This document shows, piece by piece, positions 54,531 to 64,000 of a DNA stretch of 64,000 nucleotides; the stretch's first letter is position 1; the number at the start of each line of letters is the position of its first letter. The notes beneath the pieces are model-generated. The model was not told the origin of the DNA. It did no database searches and saw only the letters and a program-made list of their open reading frames with translations. Both the position numbers and the translations under genes were made by a program. The stretch comes from Paraspadella gotoi. Its lineage: Eukaryota > Animalia > Chaetognatha. The stretch spans positions 7,628,151 through 7,692,150 of the forward strand of contig CM119264.1 of assembly GCA_051294375.1 (NCBI GenBank). Direction: 5' to 3'.

Positions 54531-56323
54531 ATTTACATATTAATTAATTAACTAATTAATTACCGCTAATGATCGTGGGCAGATCCGACATTGTTTGCTC
54601 AAACTTGTTTTTTTTTAGTATCATTATCTGTTCTTGTGAAAAAAAGAAGCGAAAGCCTCTTACGTCGGTTCCAGTTCCACTTGGTATTCTCTCTGCCTAC
54701 GAAATCTGCGAAAAAAGGTGAGGTATTCAGGGTAACGACTCAGGTAAGTGTCTCCTTATCTCCTACAGAAATCCGAAAGTTAGACGTGAGCAACATACAG
54801 AAAAAATGAAAACTCTCTCTATATCTTTTTCTATCTTTCTCTCTTTCTCTTTTTAAATCTTTCTCTCTTTCACTCTCTCTCTCTTAGACTTTTGATAATA
54901 TTTCCTTTCTTCTTTATATCTACTGCTCGCTGACCTTTTTTTTGTTATCAACGTATCTAATTGTAATTTAAAAATTACGTTATATCGAAAAGTTTTTATT
55001 AACTGATAAAAACTTATACTTTTATCTGAATTAGTTTTTATGAAATTGGTACAACCAATATAAAAATATATAAATATATTATTTACGTTTAGTAAACTAA
55101 TTGTTAATTTTCCTTTTTTCCCAGTCGAGGACGTTTTTCTATTTTCCTCCACTTACGAGTAACGACCGGCCACTTTGTTCTCTTTAAACTTTTTTTGCGT
55201 TTCGATATTTACACTCGCCTTTCTAGCTAACCTAGACCTCATCATTACTGATAAGATATAGTAATAATAATAATAATAATAAAGTCAGGTCAGGTAAAAG
55301 CCTGAATTTAGTTTAGAGACGCCGCAGAAGCAGAATTTTCAGGATGCAGCGTTTGTCTTTTGTTTCAAAATACAATCATAGTCCTATCCTTTCAAAAGTC
55401 GATAGAGGGCAACCGTTATCAATATTTATCTAATTTTAAAATGAACACGATTTTAACGCAATTAGGTAAACAAAAAATTCTCGATAGGAAAAGCGAATGA
55501 CAATCGACTTCAATTAATAAAAATACGTATTTAGAAAAAAAAAACATAAGCAAGTCTACCCTCCCGCCACCGTAATCCGCTAAGCAGGGAAGGCCTAGGA
55601 CCTCTGACCTAGGTACAAAAATTAACTCCCGGCAAAATATAAAAGATTTTGAACAAAGGTGGAAATTCCTAGTAACGATGTACCGTGTTCTGTCTTGCAA
55701 GGCCGACTAACTTCCGTAAGCAGGGACCGGAAATTCGTTGATGATTGCCCATGAGACAGTGACGAATGACGATGCCGACTATGATTTTTCTTGTATAACC
55801 TTTAATATCTTTTTATCGGGTTGCATTAAAAATATTAAAACTATATCACCAGAAAGCCCTGAAAAAATACTATTCGATTTACACTAAATTTTATATAAAA
55901 TGATAAGAAAAAGCTTATAACAATTTTTTTTTTTAAATTAATTTTATTTAAAAATTTGCCAGTTGAAAAAATTTAAAAACTAGCATAGGAATGTGACTAG
56001 TTTCACGAATGGGTTCTTTCTGTTCTAAAAGTCGACAAAGGGTTACGCCGTGCGACTATGATACTGCCGACGAAAAAAAAACAAACAAACCAATCCAACA
56101 TTCACTTTCTAAAATTAATAACAAAAAAAATCAAACAGGATATAGCATTTTTTTATGTACTAACTTAGGACACGGCATCGCATCGATCACGATATTATGG
56201 ACCCCGTCATTTAGTCTTAGGGACGAAGCCTGAATCTGTCGGCAACACAAAAACCAGAATAAAAAAAATATATATACAATATATATATATATATATATAT
56301 AATGAAATAACGAGGGAACTTGC

Positions 56324-56435
56324 CTTCCAGAAATCCGAATCTGTCATAGATTGTTGAGATGCCAAGTCTCGATTCTTTGCATCGCCGTGGGCGTCGTACG
56401 AGTTATTCCCAACGCGTGACGGGACGCATTTTGGC
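56324..56435 (-). CDS. Candidate internal exon with a GC donor
   Basis: GC-richer 112-bp island bounded by tgtcag| and AAG|GCAAGT, with open frame PKCVPSRVGNNSYDAHGDAKNRDLASQQSMTDSDFWK. No partner exons or family identified. Confidence 0.25.
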
Positions 56436-56560
56436 CTGACATGAATACAAAATAATGGATAAATCACTAATGTCAAATATATCATATATTATAAAAGAAT
56501 ATATATAATATATATAATTATATATAATAAATAATAATAATATATATTATATATTACAAA

Positions 56561-56648
56561 TTATCTTGTGAGTGATGGAGGCCTTAAAACACCAAAGCCA
56601 GTCCAAAGTCAGGGACAAAATTACTTATTTATTAAATGAATGGATAAT
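56561..56648 (+). mobile_element. Dispersed repeat, 5'-truncated copy C (almost only the twister-like motif)
   Basis: ttatcttgtgagtgatggaggccttaaaacaccaaagccagtccaaagtcaggg...ttatttattaaatgaatgg. Confidence 0.8.
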
Positions 56649-57960
56649 CAAAACTTGTCGAAATCGTTTCGATTGATTTACAATTAATAAAAAGCCGAAA
56701 ACTAATTCCAGCCTATTTTTGCGCAGTTATTAAACAATACGTTGATTCGTCCGTCTCGGGTTATATTTTTTAGAAATCCCCACTACATAGAATACGTATT
56801 CAGATGAACATTTCTCCCTTAAAATTAGATTTACTATGACCAATAATCTCTATTGTACATGGACTTACTTTGACATTGTTGCGCCGTGGCTGTTTGGAAA
56901 AGCAAGGAAAAAAACGCGAAAAACAAATATTTTAATCATGATTCTTTCGTCCAACGTCGTTTAAGTTTTTTATTATAAGTTTTGTTTTTTTTTTTTTTTT
57001 TTTTCTACCTGTATTAGTACTAATGCCGTAACGAAAAACTTTTTTTACACTTTCCAACAAACAGGTTTTAAACTTATGTGGGATTTGTACAAGCGGTTAA
57101 TTACTATTTAGGTAGTGGGTGTTTTTTTAGTTTTCGGCATAACTATTTAGCCTCATTTTCGTATTTAATTTCTTTAATGACTTTGCATGGTTTCTTCTTC
57201 TCCGATGGGTTCATAGGTGAGTAAGAATAAAGAAAGGAAAAGTATTAAACAAACATCAACGTGAGAGCGTACAACAATAAAGAAAACATTAGGAAGACAC
57301 TTGTAGAAATCAAGATAAAAATAGAGAAAGAAAGAGAAAGAGAAAGAAAGAGAGAGAAAGAGAAATCACTTTTCCTCTGTCTCTCTCTCTTTCTATATAT
57401 ATAATCTCTTTTTCTCTTTCTTTACTCTTTCCAATGTTCCCTCTCCTTTTCTACCATCCCCACGCAACCGTCCAATAAAATCCCGCCATAAACAACGAAG
57501 TATAAAGTCTTCCTCTTGTAATTTATTCAACGTTAAAATCCCATAAAACCCTCGTCGGCTCCAATTAACTCATAACTGCGTCACTTTATCGCCATTTTTT
57601 TTTGTTACCTCGTTGACGTTAAAGTTTCATGCCGCCGTCATCGTGCCATCTTACAAAATGAGGCCGGAATTGCAGTGATGCGCCGTCGACGACGAAAAAA
57701 TTTATGCAGGAGCAATAAATTTATTTTTTCACTGCGAGAGATTCTTTGTCTTTGCCTTTGGTCAGTTACGTTCCATTGGATTCCATTGAAAAGTGGACTA
57801 GGGTGGATAATCTCTCCTTTCGTGTCGGTTGACATTCGGGGTCAGAGAAAAGTAGGTGAACATGCGACTCCGTCGGTCGGAGGAGAAGATATTTTGTGGA
57901 AAGGGTGAGAGAAGGGCGACTGGGGTGAAGAAATAGACTCAATGACCATTCATCATGTAG

Positions 57961-58050
57961 AATTATCGATTCATTCAATAAATAAAATAAATAACTGAAT
58001 TTTGACAGGCTATGGTGGTTCAGACCGCCATCTCATTGACAATATAATCC
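57961..58050 (-). mobile_element. Dispersed repeat, diverged truncated copy E
   Basis: Minus strand reads gatggcggtctgaaccaccatagcctgtcaaaattcag...ttatttattgaatgaatcgataatt, sharing the family 3' end. Confidence 0.6.
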
Positions 58051-58824
58051 TGCAACAAAAACCAGGTAAGTCCGGGTGACAAGTGTGATTAATTAATAGG
58101 ATTACTTTTGAGAATGGATTATATTTAAGCGTAACATTTTTTAAAGGAATTTATAAGTTTCACGATGCCAGTGAATTTTTTTTTTCCTTGAAATCCTTTT
58201 TATTTTTGTTCCTTTACATTTCTTTCCACGTCCCTTTCTTTTTACAAACCTTTTTTTCATTTATATTCCTTTTTATTTTCATTTATTTTCATTCCTTTCC
58301 TTTTTCTTTCCTCGTTCGTTTGTTTCCTCCGTTTCTGTTTTCCTTTCACCTCTTTGATCTCNNNNNNNNNNCGTAAGAAAACACAAAATTTAATCCGCTT
58401 TCCGACTCTTTGCCATATTTGGTCTTAACAACTCTTCCATCGCCAATCTAATGCCGTTTCTTTTTTTAACACTCATCGTTTTAACATCGTGCCACTCCTA
58501 ACACCGCCAATTGCGAGTCTGACATCAACATTATAAATGAGAGTTGCATTATTTAACTGATTCCGGTATCTGAATGTATCTACTATTCTCAGTACATAAC
58601 CGTAAAATAACATCACCTCTCCAACATTTCGCCATCCCCTTCCCATCTTTTCCCCAGCCCCAGCCCCATCTCGAATCCGACCCCGACTCAAATTCAAATT
58701 CCTACGGGCGACCAAACGTGACTGACAACAAAAGGAGTGAACGAGGGAGACCAGAAAGGAAGAAGGAGGAGGAGGAGGAAGAGGAGGAGAAAAAAGGAGG
58801 AAGGAGAATAAAAAAAGGGGAGGA

Positions 58825-59121
58825 TCCGACTGAGGAATCTTAATTCATGTGGAGACATGATGAATGTAGTTGGGAATCGGCGACGGCGAACGTTTTTATT
58901 TTTTAAAAAGGATTTTATTCTTTTAAAAAAATGAATGTAAAGGAGAATGTTTACATTAGAAGAGTTTAAATGGAGAAAGTTTTTTTAAGAAAGATATTAC
59001 GTTTTGAGTAAAACGGGACAGCGTCCAAGTGGAACTGGCCGGTTGGCTTTTCTTTTTTAAAAGGGTTTATTTTTCTTGTCCAAAATATTCCGTTGACGTT
59101 AAAAATCGATATTAATCTGTT

Positions 59122-59163
<42 letters not shown>

Positions 59164-59173
59164 ATCTCTCTCG

Positions 59174-59205
<32 letters not shown>

Positions 59206-59501
59206 TCTCTCTCTCTCTTGTTTTTCTCACCTGAAATGACGAATGGGGATGTCTATTTCTTTATTCTCTGTTAATGTGACGAGATTGCCTGGAGAGAATG
59301 TTAAACAGAGCAGAGGAGAGAAAAGAGAGACGAGGAGAGAGAGAGAGAGAGAGAGGAGGAGAGAGAGAGAGAGAGACGAAACACCGCGCACCTGACGCCA
59401 CCTGTACCAGAGACGTCGTAATAATCGTTGACTCTAATCTACAATAATGATTGCCAATCCTCTTGGCGTCTTTCCCGGGAAAGAATCGGGATGATGACAT
59501 A

Positions 59502-59532
<31 letters not shown>

Positions 59533-59581
59533 ACGTAGAGAGAGAGGAGAGAGAGAGAGAGAGATGAGAGAAGAAAGAGAG

Positions 59582-59613
<32 letters not shown>

Positions 59614-60097
59614 GAGAGACAAACTCATAGAATAGGACAGAAACAAAGGGATAGAAAAGAAAAACTACTTTGATCGAATTCAACTCAATTGGTGACATTT
59701 TTTATTTTCATTCAGTTTCATTCACTCAGTTTTCTTCACTGAGTCATATCTTAATATCTCACAAAGAGTTACATGATGATGGCAGTATATCAGTGGCGAT
59801 GACGTAGATGACAGATGGGTAGGCCGACAGACAGACAGACTGACATTTAGATGGATAGACAAACAGGCGAGTATAATGACGAAAATTTAGACAGACTTTT
59901 CGACAAAAAAAAGGCATGAAATTCATAACAAAGAAGCGAACGTTTTACTCCCAACTGATCCGCAGAGTCGCGAAACTTTCTAAACCGAGATTGAATCATT
60001 CTCGAGGCATCTGTTTATGGTTTCTCCTTTCTTGTTTACCGTTTAATGTTTTTTTTTTTGTTTTTCCCGCGGAGAAAAAAAGAGGAGGACTCCAGCG
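58825..60097 (+). other. Direct duplicate of 49213-50550 differing mostly by indels
   Basis: Shared from ccgactgagga(a)atcttaattca through gaggactccagcg. Confidence 0.85.
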
Positions 60098-60766
60098 AGA
60101 GAAGCGACTCTTATTTTATCTCCTCTCTCCCTCCCGTTCGCCCAACGAAGTCACTGTTGGAGGGAAGTCATAAAAAGATATATTGGGCGAATAAATGGCG
60201 ACGAATATAGGAGATTTTAAAACGTTCGCACTTGACATTTTCGCCGAAACAATCATTTCTCCAATGCGGAGGAAAAAAAGTAGTTGAGAAGACTGAATAT
60301 AATTCATAATTTCGTTAAATGATATTTATGTAGTATATTTAATTTTATATATTATTTATTTTATATTTTATTTGAGTCAATTTAAATAGAAGTTTCATAC
60401 GTTTTCAACAACTTTTATTGTTTATATTTAAATAATGTTCGAATATATTGTAAAATTTTTGTATGTAAATTTGTTTTCATTATATAACTAAAAACTAGGT
60501 CGATCTAGTTGACAAGATAATTTTTTACGCTTATACATTATTGTTACTATTGAATATTTGATAAGATAATTTAAAAATAGTCAATTTCGTTAAGGACTAA
60601 GGAATATCCAACAGAGAGGCGCCCTCTTATTTTCCCATCAGGGATTTTCTTAATTATTATAACCCAAAGCAAAACACCTTAAAATTTAAATGTATGCGTC
60701 GAATTATTAATGAGAAGAAGCAACGATGACGACACGACGTAGACGATGAAGATGACGACGAATATA

Positions 60767-60821
<55 letters not shown>

Positions 60822-62421
60822 CGACGACGACGCAGGGGACGACGACGATGACGATCAAGATGACGACGATGACGACGTCGTCTACGAAGACGAAGATGGC
60901 GACGACGACGACGACGACAGGATCGACGGCGCCGATTTTTTTAAATAGAAATATGTGGAATACTTTGATTTTATTTTTTTTAATATAGAATTTTAGATTA
61001 ATTTCGTTTCTAGGTACAAGAAACTTTTTTTTTGTCTCTGTTGAATTAAATATTTTTACTTTGTAATTTAGAGATAAAAATCTACTAACGCAAGGAAAAG
61101 AAAGTTCAAAAGTTCAAAAGTCTTTGTAATTTAAAATTAATAAGAAGATATATGCTTTTTTGTGTACTAAGTACATCTCTATTTCTTTTTTTGGAGTCAA
61201 AAATCAGTCGAAGATATTTTAGATTTTGTTTAAAAATATTTTTAAGTTTCGAGCCTTAAAAAATAACTCCAAGAATCACAACAACGACAACGACAACAAC
61301 AACCCCGATTACAATCGATCCGTCGTCGTCTTCGGCAACTGTCGCGTAAAATAGAGTCCGTAATTTTTAGTTAAAGCAACGAAGCTTTCTCGGGAATCTC
61401 GTTACTCTTTTCGGACTCGGGGAACTCATCTTTATCCGAACTGGAGTTTCTGACGAAGAGATTCACATTCACTGGGAATCTAAGAGGAAGGGGAGGAAGA
61501 GGAGGAGGAGGAGGAGGATGATCGAGAATATCTTAGAGGACTATAACTCCAGCTGACGATATGGATCGAATACGAAATATATTTTGAAAAGAGAATTTAC
61601 GATTTTTACGATTTTAAATTTTCATTTCGAATTCGGTGAATTTCTTCTTCTTTTTTTTCGCGATAAACAAAGACTTTGTGTTTGTGCTGCGTTAAACTAT
61701 AAAAATAACTCGAGCTTCATTTGGATTATTCTTTTCCCCGTTTTAACTGAAAAAAACTTTAAAATAATCTTTTTCGTTTCTCTAAAGTCTGATTTTTTTC
61801 GTCGAAAGATCTTGGATTTAGACCCAAAAAAATATAGGAATGTCGCGATTAAAATACAGTAACCACAGTCGCTCTTCGTTTTCTCTCGTTTGGTAATTTA
61901 CTAATTTTCCTAAATATCTTGACTCTCGAATTTTTGTTATCTTCCCCTAAAGGAGTCGGAATTTATCGCCAGAGGTTAAATACTGTGGACGGAATTTCTC
62001 TCTGAGGTTCGAAGTGGGACAACTTCGCACTGAATCTCGGTTTCCTCTTTTATAAAGAGAAGAGAAAGAGATTAAAGGATAACGACAAGTTTTTTTAAAA
62101 AAAGACAGGGTCTGTATGTAAAGGAATCCGTACGTGTTTCGGCGGATCAAGGGATGAAAGGAGCGAGATTATGTTTGCTTGTTAGGTGAAGGAAGGATTC
62201 CCCCCTCGCATCTCATTTGAAAAAGAAATTAAATATCAAATAAAATAAAAGAAGGATAGTAAATTTAAAAAAATAAAAAGGAATCTCAAAGGGAAAAGGT
62301 TCTATTTAAATTGTTTTTCGCTTTATTGGTTTCGCTCCTCGTCTGTTTGTTTTTACCCGCGTTGCGTTTGGCCTCTGGTCCGATTTTCATAACCAGTAAA
62401 GAAAACAATGCTCTCTTTTCA

Positions 62422-62483
<62 letters not shown>

Positions 62484-62627
62484 AGCGCCAAATTGGCGCG
62501 GAGGTCTTGATTTTTAAAAAAAAAAAAAATAGCGATTCGTTCGGTAAACAATTAATCTCTCCCGCTGATAAATAATGGGAAAAAATCAAGATTTAACCGG
62601 AGTAAATCGAAAGGTTTCGCCGTCGGG

Positions 62628-62666
<39 letters not shown>

Positions 62667-63268
62667 CGGCAAGAAACAACAATAACAACAACAAAAACAA
62701 CGACGACGAAGTCTGCTTTGCACCGTGCCGCTATTTCGAGCGTTGTGTCTCTTCAGAGAGAAAAATAAGACTTTATAAGATTACATTAAAAGTTTTTTTG
62801 GATTTAAAATATAACTACTTATCATGATCGTTAAATACTAACTATTTACAAAATTTGGGTTCTTTCGCTTATACATTGTTAAAATAACCTTGCTCGTGAT
62901 CGTTAATTACTGACTTATGATTAGTAATTGGTCTCGAGCCGGAAATAACTTTTCCCCGTTCTCCTTTATGATATTAACTTTTTTTTAATATAAAAAAAAT
63001 TTAACAATAAAAAAAGTGTATTTATTTTTCAAATTTTCGATCGATAAAACTTTTGTTTCATCTTCGATTCTCTTCCGGTTCAGGAATCAATTAATCAAAT
63101 TAATTAATTAATCGAATTAAGAAGGATTTTGGGTCCATCCTTAATAACTCATAAGTGATAACCCAGATCTTGTGATGCCGCCACTTTTGACGGTTAAAAC
63201 CCATTTACTTTATACAGCTGGAACTACTGAAAATTTTAATAAACGACCGGAGAGAGAGAGAAGTGAGA

Positions 63269-63366
<98 letters not shown>

Positions 63367-64000
63367 TAACAAGTGTGGACGCCTCTTTGCCCAGCTCGGC
63401 CACTGAGTTCCTGGAAAGAAAAAATAATCTCCGATCCCAACAAGACCCCAGCTGGGGAAAGGACGGGAGCTCAAGCTGCCTTCATACTCCATATTAGTAA
63501 AAATCGCAATATATTCTAAATTTAATTTAAATCTAAAATGCATCGGTTTTTCTCATCACCTCCTTTTTTTTTTTTTCTAGCCAAGAAATTATTTCGCCGG
63601 TCGAGATGTTCCTCCGGATTTGTCTTTTATGAAGAACGGCTGTATCTCATTAAAATCCCTTTACGGATTGTCCATCTGTCGTTTTGTCAATCTTTATCAG
63701 TTCTATGCATAATCAATTTAAAACTTTTTGTAGAAAAACAGGGTACAATATTCATGTTTGCTGTATAAATTCAGCCTCGATATAAAATATCGCGGAAACA
63801 TTTCATACTTTTTCAACACATCGAAGATTGAAATTTTATCCTTTTTTCCGATGCTTTTCTTTCGAAGAGAAAGGTGGTTTCATTTTTCCAACTAAATTTC
63901 AGAGATGCGGATTCTATTGTTTTTTGTAATTAAATATTTTAACTTTATTACAATATGAAAAGGACTGAGAAAAAAAATCCTAGACTTTAAGTATCTACTT

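Overview
This is a gene-poor, AT-rich eukaryotic window, probably from an invertebrate animal (inference). It is dense in (AG)n, (GAC)n and (CAT)n microsatellites and has 12 N-gaps. Several long, indel-riddled duplicates sit beside 25-N gaps and look like unpolished long-read gap fill. The only well-supported protein-coding gene is a two-exon, minus-strand CD225/dispanin (IFITM/PRRT-like) gene at about 28.4-29.5 kb. Most entries in the ORF track are microsatellite read-through. Mobile DNA includes a decayed Ty1/copia RT fragment, an LTR-like unit followed by a 40-nt tRNA-Leu complement, two Helentron/DINE-like copies and a degenerate minimal type-I hammerhead. The most striking observation is a short dispersed repeat (5 copies plus 1 fragment). 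Its conserved end folds as a circularly permuted (type-P5) twister ribozyme, with covarying P4, T1 and T2 pairings and a palindromic 6-nt stub in place of P1. All alignments and folds were done by eye, and repeat boundaries are approximate.
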